A stretch of DNA of 64,000 bases, taken from Mobula hypostoma. Lineage: Eukaryota. A model generated the notes under the pieces. It saw only the letters and a list, made by a program, of their open reading frames with translations, had not been told where the DNA came from and did not search any database. Below are positions 1 to 12,403 of this stretch, piece after piece; the first letter of the stretch is position 1; the number at the start of each line of letters is the position of its first letter. A program made the translations under genes and the position numbers. The DNA lies in assembly GCF_963921235.1 (NCBI RefSeq), contig NC_086097.1, forward strand, positions 222,892,001 to 222,956,000, written 5' to 3'.

Positions 1-897
1 GCTGAGACCCTTCGTCAGGACTAACTGAAGGAAGAGTGAGTAAGGGATTTGAAAGTTGGAGGGGGAGGGGGAGATCCAAAATGATAGGAGAAGACAGGAG
101 GGGGAGGGATGGAGCCAAGAGCTGGACAGGTGATAGGCAAAAGGGGATACGAGAGGATCATGGGACAGGAGGTCCGGGAAGAAAGACAAGGCGGGGGGGA
201 CCCAGAGGATGGGCAAGAGGACCCGACGCAGACTGGGAGACCGCTTTGCTGAACATCTACGCTCTGTCTGCCAGAGAAAGCAGGATCTCCCAGTGGCCAC
301 TCATTTTAATTCCACATCCCATTCCCATTCTGACATGTCTATCCACGGCCTCCTCTACTGTAAAGATAAAGCCACACTCAGGTTGGAGGAACAACACCTT
401 ATATTCCGTCTGGGTAGCCTCCAACCTGATGGCATGAACATCGACTTCTCTAACTTCTGCTAAGGCCCCACCTCCCCCTCGTATCCCATCTGTTACTTAT
501 TTTTATGCACACATTCTTTCTCTCACTCTCCTTTTTCTCCCTCTGTCCCTCTGAATATACCTCTTGCCCATCCTCTGGGTCCCCCCCCCCTTGTCTTTCT
601 TCCCGGACCTCCTGTCCCATGATCCTCTCGTATCCCCTTTTGCCTATCACCTGTCCAGCTCTTGGCTCTATCCCACCCCTTCCTGTCTTCTCCTATTATT
701 TTGCATCTAACCCCTCCCCCTCCCCCTCCAACTTTCAAATCCCTTACTCACTCTTCCTTCAGTTAGTCCTGACGAAGGGTCTCGGCCTGAAACGTCGACT
801 GCACCTCTTCCTACAGATGCTGCCTGGCCTGCTGCGTTCACCAGCAACTTTGATGTGTGTTGCTTGAATTTCCAGCATCTGCAGAATTCCTGTTGTC
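1..897 (+). mobile_element. Penelope-like element 3' fragment (GIY-YIG endonuclease C-terminus plus terminal repeat), preceded by an inverted copy of its terminal repeat
   Basis: ORF 209-463 RRLGDRFAEH...PVATHFN...RLEEQHLIFRLGSLQPDGMN is typical of the PLE GIY-YIG C-terminus; 1-219 is the reverse complement of about 560-786. Confidence 0.85.
765..800 (+). ncRNA. Minimal type I hammerhead ribozyme motif in the Penelope terminal repeat
   Basis: AGTC-CTGACGA-AGG(GTCTCGG)CCT-GAAA-CG-TC-GACT: helix I AGTC/GACT, core CUGANGA and GAAA, helix II AGG/CCT, predicted cleavage after GUC (C796). Confidence 0.8.
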
Positions 898-2289
898 TCC
901 ATCATCATTTGTTTTTGCCTTCCTCTTGCTTTCTTCCCTTCAATCTTTCCCATAATTACCCTGCATTCTAACTCCTCTATGCTGCTATATGGAGATGACT
1001 TTCCAGTTTTCAAATGCTCAGGGGCCAAACATCCAACTATTGTCAGCTCATTCATTGAAATATTCAAGAGGATAGGACTTCCACTCAACAAGACAAAATC
1101 TATACCAATCTTGACCATTAATTTTTTAATACTTTGCTCACGTAAATTTAATTGTTTCAATGTGGTCATTTATTTTGCCCTTTTTGATTACCTGCTATTT
1201 TAGTAAGTTTTCATTATGCGTTATGCTTTATTGCAAAAGAGGATATAATGAATCTACCACATCCTTCTTTCTCACAAATAAATCTGACTTGGCTTCAAAT
1301 GAACCCAAATTTTTGCTACCTTCTTCCTTTTTATAATCTGTTTCTATTTCTTGATAGCTTCTGGGCAGAAATTTGTTTTTATCTTACTCGATATTTTATT
1401 TTTCTAAATTTCTCCAAATCCTCAGGCCTATAATTACTCTTTACAGTATTATAAAACTTCTATTGTTATGCTATTCTTAACTTTAGCAACAGATGCATCT
1501 TTTCTCATGTAATCTTCACTTCTCAATATACTGTAAATTCATTAACAACTATGAAATATTTCTTTGTATCCACTACTGCTCATCTGCTGTCATACCTTTC
1601 TAATCTGATTTTCCAGCTTGCTCTTCATCTAGTATTTAAGTGAATATAAAGTTCTGCCACATTATGATCACTGTTCTCAGAACATTCATTACTCAAAGAT
1701 TGCTAATTATTTCTAATTATTAGGCATAGAATCAGTCATTACAATACTGAAGGTGGCCATTCAGCCCATCAAGCCTATGCCAGATGTCTATACAACAATT
1801 CAGTTAATCCCATTTTCTATATTCTTATAGGCCTGCAAGTTTATTTCCCTTAGAAGTCGAACCAACATCCTTTTAAAATCACTGATCACCTCCTCTTCCA
1901 CCATCAAGTTTTACTCCATAACTGCTATTAGATCCTACTCAGTTCCTCCTCTATCACTGTCCTCCAATCCTTTGCCATGCCACATCTTTTTACCATAGTA
2001 TTGTGGCATTATCCATTGATTCCTCTTACTCACTTTTGTGCTGAAATGACTTTGCAAATCTTGCAAAACCACAAATCATTTGATCTTAACAATTGTTATT
2101 ATTCTAGCCCTGTTTTAACAATTGGCTTTCTGAATCTCCTTTACTAAATTGCTCATTATGTTAATATTGAATTCCTATCGCTAATAAATTTCAATACTGC
2201 TTGTTAAAAAAATTAAGCATTTTATACTGTCCCTAAGTCTAAAGTGTTTGTGGTTCATTTTTACACCATCAGGAAAGTTTTCTAAATCA

Positions 2290-4644
2290 ATATATAGAGG
2301 TACCAACTAGAGGGACTGCGATATTAGATCTCCTGTTAGGAAACGAGTTAGAACAAGTGACGGAAGTGTGTGTAGGGGAGCACTTTGGTTCCAGTGATCA
2401 TAACACCATTAGTTTCAACTTGATCATGGATAAAGATAGATCTGGTCCTAGGGTTGAGATTCTAAACTGGAAGAAGGCCAAATTTGAAGAAATGAGAAAG
2501 GATCTAAAAAGCGTGGATTGGGACAGGTTGTTCTCTGGCAAGGATGTGATCGGTAAGTGGGAAGCCTTCAAAGGAGAAATTTTGAGAGTGCAGAGCTTGT
2601 ATGTTCCTGTCAGGATTAAAGCCAAAGTGAATAGGAATAAGGAACCTTGGTTCTCAAGGGATATTGCAACTCTGGTAAAGAAGAAGAGAGTTGTATGACA
2701 TGTATAGGAAACAGGGAGTAAATAAGGTGCTTGAGGAGTATAAAAAGTGCAAGAAAATACTTAAGAAGGAAATCAGGAGGGCTAAAAGAAGACATGAGGT
2801 TGCCTTGGCAGTCAAAGTGAAGGATAATCCAAAGAGCTTTTATAGGTATATTAACAGTAAAAAGATTGTAAGGGATAAAATTGGTCCTCTTGAAGATCAG
2901 AGTGGTCGGCTATGTGCGGAACCAAAACAAGTAGGGGAGATCTTAAATGGGTTTTTTGCGTCTGTATTTACTAAGGAAACTGGCATGAAGTCTATGGAAT
3001 TAAGGGAAACAAGTAGTGAGATCATGGAAACTGTACAGATTGAAAAGGAGGAGGTGCTTGCTATCTTGAGGCAAATTAAAGCAGATAAATCCCCAAGACC
3101 TGACAGGGTATTCCCTCAGACCTTGAAGGAGACTAGTGTTGAAATTGCAGGGGCCCTGGCAGATATATTTAAAATGTCGGTGTCTACGAGTGAGGTGCCG
3201 GAGGATTGGAGAGTGGCTCATGTTGTTCTGTTTAAAAAAGGATTGAAAAGTAATCCAGGAAATTATAGGCCGGTAAGTTTGACGTCGGTAGTGGGTAAGT
3301 TATTGGAGGGAGTACTAAGAGACAGAATCTACAAGCATTTGGATAGACAGGGACTTATTAGGGAGAGTCAATATGGCTTTGTGCGTGGTAGGTCATGTTT
3401 GACCAATCTATTGGAGTTTTTCGAGGAGGTTACCAGGAAAGTGGATGAAGGGAAGGCAGTGGATGTTGTCTACATGGACTTCAGTAAGGCCTTTGACAAG
3501 GTCCCGCATGGGAGGTTAGTTAGGAAAATTCAGTCGCTAGGTATACATGGAGGGGTGGTAAATTGGATTAGACATTGGCTCAATGGAAGAAGCTAAAGAG
3601 TGGTTGTAGAGGATTGCTTCTCAGAGTGGAGGCCTGTGACTAGTGGTGTGCCACAGGGATCAGTGCTGGGTCCATTGTTATTTGTCATCTATATCAATGA
3701 TCTGGATGATAATGTGGTAAATTGGATCAGCAAATTTGCTGATGATACAAAGATTGGAGGTGTAGCGGACAGTGAGGAAGGTTTTCAAAGCTTGCGGAGG
3801 GATTTGGACCAGCTGGAAAAATGGGCTGAAAAATGGCAGATGGAGTTTAATACAGACAACTGTGAGGTATTGCACTTTGGAAGGACAAAGCAAGGTAGAA
3901 CATACAGGGTTAATGGTAAGGCACTGAGGAGTGCAGTAGAACAGAGGGATCTGGGAATACAGATACAAAATTCCCTAAAAGTGGCATCATAGGTAGATAG
4001 GGTCATAAAGAGAGCTTTTGGTACATTGGCCTTTATTAATCAAAGTATTAAGTATAAGAGCTGGAGTGTTATGATGAGGTTGTATAAGGCATTGGTGAGG
4101 CTGAATCTGGAGTATTGTGTTCAGTTTTGGTCACCAAATTACAAGAAGGATATTAATAAGGTTGAAAGAGTGCAGAGAAGGTTTACAAGGATGTTGCCGG
4201 GACTTGAGAAACTCAGTTACAGAGAAAGGTTGAATAGGTTAGGACTTTATTCCCTGGAGCGTAGAAGAATGAGGGGAGATTTGATAAAGGTATATAAAAT
4301 TATGATGGGTATAGATAGAGTGAATGCAAGCAGGCTTTTTCCACTAAGGCAAGGGGAGAAAAAAACCAGAGGACATGGGTTAAGGGTGAGGGGGGAAAAG
4401 TTTAAAGGGAACATTAGGGGGGGCTTCTTCACACAGAGAGTGGTGGGAGTGTGGAATGAGCTGCCAGACGAGGTGGTAAATGCGGGTTCTTTTTTAACAT
4501 TTAAGAATAAATTGGACAGATACATGGATGGGAGGTGTATGGAGGGATATGGTCCCTGTGCAGGCCAGTGGGACTAGGCAGAAAATGGTTCGGCACAGGC
4601 AAGAAGGGCCAAAAGGCCTGTTTCTGTGCTGTAGTTTTTCTATG
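2290..4644 (+). mobile_element. 5'-truncated CR1 LINE (disrupted ORF2, RT domain)
   Basis: ORF pieces 2357-4577 with [36 protein letters not shown]; stops and frameshifts; CR1-type 3' end. Confidence 0.93.
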
Positions 4645-5329
4645 TGGAAGTACTAGATGTGAACTTTAACCTCTGAGTCTGCAGTGAAAGATTATTAGAG
4701 GATAAACCTTGAGTGGGCAGTTGTAACTAATTTCAGTAGTCATGGGCAGAAATCTAGATTAATTACTGTGATACAGTGGAAAACTTTTATGTATTTATAA
4801 GTCCAATGCTATGTTTTGATGGAAATTTGTCGGACTATATAACTAAGTATAGTTAAATGTACTTACTCTTTCAGAATTCAGCTCCTTTAAAAGAAATGTA
4901 GTAACGCTTCGGGTTTTCACCTAAATATTTTTTGATATATGTGATAAAAGAGAGGAAGAGAATGTGAAAAGGAGATTCAGAGACACATGCAGAAGATCCC
5001 AGCAAGATAAATATTTAAATAAATTACAGTTCTGAATTTATTGCATTGTTGACACTGACAAACTGTAAATATTCATCTAACAATAGGCATTTTCAGGAAT
5101 GAATCACAAACCACACATTTAATATTTGTTAAAACCTCTCACTAAATTATAAATAAGTGCTCGAAGAGGTGGAGCACCTCTTTCCTGCCTTCTGCTCAGT
5201 GATGAGGAGCAGCAATGACTCCAACTTGATTTTTCACCAAATACATGAACATTTAGATTACCCTCCACAGGGTATTAACCACTGCCTCACCGTGCCACCT
5301 ATTGGTGACTATTATGATTGAATAGGCTG

Positions 5330-6065
5330 GGAATCTGAAAGAGCGAGGGGCAACTTGATTTAAGCATATAAGATACTCGGGGATAGTTACAGGATAGATG
5401 TGGGAAGGAGGCTTCCTTGTGGGAGAAAATAGAACTATGTATGGGTCACTGATTAAAAGTAAAATGGCACCCATTTTTGAGGGCATGAGTCTTTGGAACT
5501 CTCATCATCAAAGGGTCTTATAAATGTAATTTTTGAATAGTTTTAAGATAACATTGACGGATTTTTGGATAAGTAAAGAGGTGCAGGTCACTGGGAGCTA
5601 GGTCGGAATGTACAAACGTAGGTTATAATCAGTTTGGCCATGTCTTGAAGTTGAAGCAGAAGAACATAAGCAGAAGGCCATCTGGCCCTTGGAGTCCACT
5701 TTGCCCTTTATTGTGATCATGGCTGACCTTTCACCTCTGCACTATTTTTCTGTAATGTTCCCAAATCCTTTAATATCTTAATGTTCAGAAATCTAGCAAT
5801 CTGTGTTTTGAATGAACATAAGGACTGAGGCATCAGAGGTTTGTTGGGTAAAGAATTCCAAATGTTCACTAACACCATAGTGAAGACATTTTTTCACATT
5901 TCAGCCAAAAACAGTTAACACCCCTCATTGTGAAATTGTGCCTCCTGATCCTAGAGTTGTCAGCAGAGAAAACATCTTTGCACCTGGCTTGTCAGGCCAT
6001 TTTAAGACATCTCTACATTTTAGTGAGGCCTCCTCTCATTCTTCTAGACTTTAGATGCTTGGGCC
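5330..6065. mobile_element. Two old, degenerate CR1 3' fragments, tail to tail (+ about 5330-5650, - about 5660-6065)
   Basis: Decayed similarity to the 3' ends of the better-preserved CR1 copies in this window. Confidence 0.55.
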
Positions 6066-6089
6066 TACTCAACTCAAAATCTATAGAAT

Positions 6090-7240
6090 AGTAACTGTAA
6101 ACAGGAACAATGAAAGAACAAGAGCATAGAAGACAACAAACTGTGCAAGTATAAATTAATACTGTACCAATAAATAACAAGAGTATGAAAAAACAAGATA
6201 AAGAATCCTTAAAGTGAAATCATTGGTTGTGGGAACATCTCAATAGATGAGTATAGTTATCCCCTTTTGTTCAAGAGCCTGATAGTTGATAGTAACTGTT
6301 CTTGAACCTGGCATTGTGAGTTCTGAGGTACTTGTATCTTCTACCCGATGGCAGCAGTGAGAAAAGAGCATGAGCTGGGTGGTGAGGATCTTTGAAAATG
6401 GATGCTGCTTTCCAATGACAACATTTCATGTAGATCTGCTCAGTGGCTGGGAGGGCTTTGACCATGATGTGCTGGGCTGAATCCACTACCTTTTGTAGGA
6501 TTTTCCATTCAAAGGCATTGGTGTTCCCACACCAGGCCAATACACTTTCCACTACACACCTATAGAAGGTTGTCAAGGTTTTTTGGTGATCTGCTGAATC
6601 TCTGCAGTCTCCTAAGGAAATAGAGGCACTGGTGTGCTTTCTTAGGCAATTAAATTTATATGATGGATCCAGGACAGCTCCTTGGAGACAGTAACGCCCA
6701 GGAATTTGAAGTTACTGATCCTTCAATGAGGACTGGCTCATGGACCTCTGGTCTCCCTCCCTTGAAGTCTACTATCAATTCCTTAGTCCTGCTGACATTG
6801 AGTGGGAGGTTGTTGTTATGACATCACTGAGCCAAATTTTCAATCTCCCTCCTGTTTGTTGTGGCTGTATCTTTGATACAATGATGTCATCAGCAAACTT
6901 GAATATCGTGTTGGAACTGTACTTTAGAAAACCGATGGTAGAGGGGTAAGAAACTGTTCCTGACTCATTGAGTGTGTGCCTTCAGGCTTCTGTACCTACT
7001 TCCTGATGGTAACAATGACAACAAGGCATGACCTAGGTGATGGGGGTCCTTAATAATTGGTGCCGCCTTTTTGAGGCAACGTTCCTTGAAGGTGTCCTGG
7101 ATACTATGGAGGCTAGTGACCATGATGGAGCTGACTAAGTTTATAACTCTCTGCAACTTACTTCAATCCTGTGCAGAAGCTACCCCTCCCCATACTAGAT
7201 GACAGTGCAGCCAGTTAGAATGCACTCCATGGTACATCGC
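6090..7240 (-). mobile_element. Rex1/Babar-type non-LTR retrotransposon 3' fragments (two pieces; the second resumes at about 8040-8115)
   Basis: Minus ORFs FYRCVVESVL...KDPHHPAHALFSLLPSGRRY and KDPHHLGHALLSLLPSGSRYRS match the Rex1 C-terminal motif. Confidence 0.8.
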
Positions 7241-8039
7241 AAAGGTTCAAAAATACAATTTAATGTCAGAGAAATGTATACAGTATACATCCTGAAATGC
7301 TTTTTCTTCGCAACCATCCACAAAAACAGAGGTGTGCTCCAAAGAATGAACAGCAGTTAAATGTTAGAACCCCAAAGTCCCCCCTCAGCTCCCCCCTCCC
7401 GCCCATAAGCAGCAGCGAGCAACAATTCCCCCTCCCCTCACTGGCAAAAAAAGCATCGGCACCACCACCAGGCACTCAAGCACGAGCAAAGCAACAGCAA
7501 CGACATAGACTTGCAGTTACCCCAAAGACTTTCCCTTTCACCCGGTATTCAACATACCACAGGTTCTCTCTCTCCCTAATTAGGGAAAAAGAGGTGTCCC
7601 CATTTTCCCGGCGAGCGGGGAGACATAACAAACAATTCGCTGGGTTCCTGATGTTGGAAGTCCACCACGTTACTTTTTTTGAGCACCGTACCCAAAAAAC
7701 TGGGCACACAACTGCAGATATTCCAATTCCCCTGACGACACACGGATCTCCTGTCACGTCACTGACCCTCAATCCTCTTGTCTCCAGAGCCCCGAGATCC
7801 TAGGCTTCTGAATTCGAGCCTTTAGTGTGCCGAATAACAATGGTTGGTTGTGAAACCCCAAGAGTGGGTCCTGTTCCTGCAAAGAACCGTAGTCAGCATA
7901 TAACTCCAGGTCAGGGTCTTCGAAAGAACCTTGAAAGGGGAAAATAGAGATATGAAAGATGGAAATAGAGCTGTTTCCAAAGGTGCAAACAAAGGAGTCG
8001 CCGTTAGGCACCATTAACCCTCCTAAGCTCCGCTTTCTT
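7241..8039 (-). mobile_element. Unclassified ~0.8-kb non-coding insertion nested in a Rex1 copy
   Basis: Rex1 sequence breaks at ...ggtacatc and resumes at tctgtagaaatgtgc (compare the uninterrupted copy near 10320-10360); no credible protein. Confidence 0.55.
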
Positions 8040-8929
8040 ATCTGTAGAAATGTGCAAGTGTTTTTGTTGACATAACGAATCTCCTCAAATTCCTAATAAA
8101 ATATAGCCACTGTCGACCAAGGCTATACGCTATTCTTCTACTAAACTCCATATAGACGACATCTTCTGTCCTGCCTTCATCAATTTTCTTGGGTTACCTC
8201 CTCAAAAGACGATTAAATGAGTGAGGTAGGATCTTACCCCACACAATGCCATACTTAATATACCTGATCAAACTATGCCTTTCCAAATGAACATAAATCC
8301 AATCCATTAACATTTTATAACTATTTTATAATTTCCTTACTGCTGACATAAGGCTCACTGTCCTGTAGTTCCTGGTTTAACTCTGCTGTGCTTCTTGTAT
8401 AAGGGAACAGTAAGACGTAGCTCAGAAGATGTAGAAGTTTCAGTTAGGGCCTCACCCTTTGCTTCTCATAGCACCTGGGATAGATCTCATGCAGACCTGG
8501 GGATTTGTTAATCCTTGTGTTTATCATAACATCTAACACCTCCTCCTCCTTAATACTGACCTGAATCAGTCTATCCGTGTACTCCTTCCTGAACTCTATC
8601 TTCCATATCCCTTCTCCCTTTATTCTTCATTTTCCTTTCTCCCACCATTCTGCTGCCTCTCTGTACTAATCTCAGATTGCACATATATCCTGCCATGGTG
8701 GCTTCACTTTCTGTTCATCCTGTTTTCCCTGCAAGGGCCACCATATTGTAAGAACAAATGGCAACATTAGAGAAAGGACTAGAGGAGAAAGCAGAGCAGT
8801 TGTGGGGATGAACTGAACAGTATGTCTGTAAAGGCATCAGAATCTCGCCTTCAGTGGGATTCTGTGATGAGTTAGAAAATCGTTCCAAGAACAAGGGCTT
8901 TATCATGATTTTCCATAATGTGAAGCCAC

Positions 8930-11900
8930 ATCAGAGTATTGGGCCATTCAGCCCATCGAGTCTGTTCTGCCAATCCATCATGGCTGGTTTATTATCACTC
9001 TCTCCCCATTCTCCTGCCTTCTCTCTGTAACATTTCACACCCTGACTAATCAAGAACCTACCAACCTCCACTTTAAATGTACCCAATAATTTGACCTTCA
9101 TAGCTGTCTGTAGCAATGAATTCCACTGATTCACTACCCTCTGACTAAAGAAATTCCCCCCTCATCTCTTTTCTAAATGGGTGTTCCTCCATTTTCAGGC
9201 TGTACCTCCTGGTCCTAGACTCCCCCATTATACAAAACATCCAATCCACATTCACTTTTTCTTTGATAGGTTACAATGAGATTCACACCTCGCCCCCATT
9301 CTTCTGAACTCCAGTGAGTACAGGCCCAGAGCCCGTGAACCTCCTCTGAACCCTCTCCAATGTCAGCACATCCTTTCTTAGATAAGGGGCCTAAAGCTGT
9401 TCACAATGCTTCGAGTGTGGTCTGACCAATGTCGAATAAAGCCACAGCTTACACCCTTGCTGTTATATTCTTGTCCTCTCAAAATTAGGGCAAACTTCGC
9501 ATCTGCCTTCCTTACCGTGATTCAATCTGCAAGTTAACCTTTCAGGAATTCTGCACGAGAACTCCCAAGTCCCTTTGCACATCTGACTTTTAAAGTTTCT
9601 CCCCATTTAGAAAATAGTCAATGCCTTTATGCCCTCCACCAAAGTGTATGACCATACACATCCTTGCACTGTATTCCATCTGCCACTTCTTTGCCGGTCT
9701 CTTAATCTGCCTAAGTCCTTCTGCAGACTTCCTGCTTCCTCAACACCACCTGCCCCTCCACCTATCTTTGTAATGTCAGAATCAGAATTAGAATCAGGTT
9801 TATTATCACCGGCATGTGACGTGAAATTTGTTAACTTTGCAGCAGCTACATAGCAATATGTAATCTAACAGAGAGAGAAAAAAAATAATAAATAAAATGA
9901 AACATAATAAATTAACAAGTAACTCCAGTAAGTATATTGAATAGATTATTTAAAAAATGTGCAAAAACAGAAATACTGTATATTTAAAAAAAGTGAGATA
10001 GTGTCCAAAGCTTCAATGGCCATTTAGGAATCGGATGACAGAGGGGAAGAAGCTGTTCCTGAATCACTGAGTGTGTGCCTTCAGGCTTCTGTACCTCCTA
10101 CCTGATGGTAACAGTGAGAAAAGGGCATGCCCTGGGTACTGGAGGTCTTTAATAATGGACACTGCCTTTCTGAGATACCGCTCCCTAAAGATGTCCTGGA
10201 TACTTTGTAGGCTAGTGCCCAAGATGGAGCTGACTAGATTTACAACCTTCTGCAGCTTCTATCAGTCCTGTGCAGTAGCCCCTGCATACCAGATAGTGAT
10301 GCAGCCTGTCAGAATGCTCTCCACGGTACAACCATATAAGTTTTTGAGTGTATTTGTTGACATGCCAAATCTCTTCAAACTCCTAATATAGCCACTGTCT
10401 TGCCTTCTTTATGACTACATCACTATGTTGGGACCAGGTTAGATCCTCAGAGATCTTGATACCCAGGAACTTGAAGCTGCTCACTCTCTCCACTTCTGAT
10501 CCCTCTATGAGGATTGGTATGTGTTCCTTAGTTTCACCCTTCCTGAAGTCCACAATCAGCTCTTTTGTTTTACTCATGTTGAGTGCCAGGTTGTTGCTGC
10601 GGCACTATTCCACAAACTTGGCCACAAAGCCATCTATTCTGTCATCCAAATGATTGGTATATAACATGAAAAGAAAAGGCTGCAACACTTCTCCCTGTGG
10701 AACACCACTAGTCACCAGCAGCCAACTAGAAAAGGCCCCCTTTATTCCCATTCTTTGCTTCCTGCCAGTTCAGCCAATCTTCTGTCCATGCTAGTATCTC
10801 CCCTGTACTACAATGGCTCTTATCTGGTTAAGCAGCCTCGTGTGCTGCATCTTGTCAAGGCCTTCTTCAAAGCCAAGTAAAACAACATCACCTGACTCTC
10901 AATTGTCTATCCTGTTATTTCTTCAAAGAATTCCAATAGAATTGTCAGACAAGATTTTCCCTTAAGGAAACCATGCTGACTTTGGCCAATTTTATCATGT
11001 GCCTCCAAGTACCCTGAAATCTCATTCTTAATAATGGGCTCCAACAGCTTCCCATACACTGACGTCAGGCTAACTGGCCAATAATTTCCTTTCTTCTGCC
11101 ACCCTCCCTTCCGAAAAAGTGGAGTGACATTTGCAATTTCCAGTCTTCCTGAATCATTCCAGAATTTAGTGATTCTTGAAAGATCACTGCTAGTGCCTCA
11201 GCAATCACTTTGCTACCTTTTTCAGTACTCTGGGGCATAGTTCATCTGGTCTAGGTGACTTAACTACCTTCAGACTTTTTAGCACCTCAAGTACCTGCTC
11301 CTTGGTAACAGCAAGTACACTCACCTCTGCCCCCAGACACTCCCGAATTTCTACCATTGTGCTAGTGTATTCCACAGGGAAGACTGATGCACAGTACTTA
11401 CTAAGTTTGTACACCATATTTTTGTCCCCATTATAACCACTCCAGCATCATTTTCCAATCCCATCTCTCTTTTACTCTATATATCTGAAAAGCTTTTTGT
11501 ATCCTCTTTTATATTGTTGGCTAGCTTACCTTAATATTTCGTCTTTTCTTTCCTTATGGTTTTGTTTTAGTTGCCCTCTGTTGGTTTTTAAAGCTTCCCA
11601 ATTCTCTAACTTCCCACTAATTTTTGTTATATTATATGCCCTCCCTTTTCCTTTTCTGCTGCCTTTGACCTCCCTTGTCAACCATTGTTCCCTCATCCTC
11701 CTGTTAGAAAACTTAATCTTTGGAATGTGTCTATCCTGTGTTTTCCAAGTTGCTCCCAGAAACTCCAGCCATTGCTGTTTTGCTGTAATCCCTGCTCATA
11801 TTCCTTTCCGATCAACTTTCGCTAGTTCCTCTCTCATATCTCTGTGATTCTCTTTACTCCACTGTATAAATGTTCTGTCTGTCTTTAGCCTCTCCCTCTC

Positions 11901-12330
11901 AAACTGCAGAGTGAATTCTATCATATTATGATCACTGTCTCCTAAGGGTCCCATTACCTTCAGCTCCCTAATCAAATCTGGTTCACTGCACAACACCCAA
12001 TACAAAATTGCCCTTTCCCTAGTGGGCTCAGACACAAGTTGTTCTAAAAAGCCATCTTGCAGGCATTCTACAAATTCCCTGTTTTGGGATCTACAACCAA
12101 CCTGACTTTCCTCATCTCCTTGCTTAGTGAAGTCCCCATGCCTATTGCAACTTTGCCATTTTTACATGACTTTTCTATCTCCCAGTGCAATTTGTATCCC
12201 ACATCCTAGCTACCTTTTGAAGGCCTGTATATAACTCCCATCTGGGTGTCTTTACCCTTGCAATGTCTTAACTCTACCCACAAGGATTCTACATATTCTG
12301 ATCCAATGTCACCTCTTTCTAAGCATTTGA
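8930..12330 (-). mobile_element. Degenerate CR1 LINE (ORF2, EN to 3' end), split by a Rex1 insertion
   Basis: Minus-strand CR1 peptides (EPTRERAIL...[29 protein letters not shown]); the RT region is interrupted at about 9776 and resumes at about 10610. Confidence 0.85.
9777..10609 (-). mobile_element. Rex1/Babar 3' fragment with (TCAGAA)n tail, nested in CR1
   Basis: Minus ORF SKTKELIVDFRK...VERVSSFKFLG...KKARQ; tcagaatcagaattagaatcagg tail. Confidence 0.85.
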
Positions 12331-12403
12331 CATCCTCTACACACATGTCAAAAAAAACAGGAGATATACAAAGTAAATTTGCAGTGTTTTGCAGAAAATT
12401 TGC

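Noticed and set aside
7266..8014. Cluster of overlapping ORFs up to 168 aa
   Set aside because: Low-complexity translations on both strands of a GC-rich repeat insertion; no protein motif.
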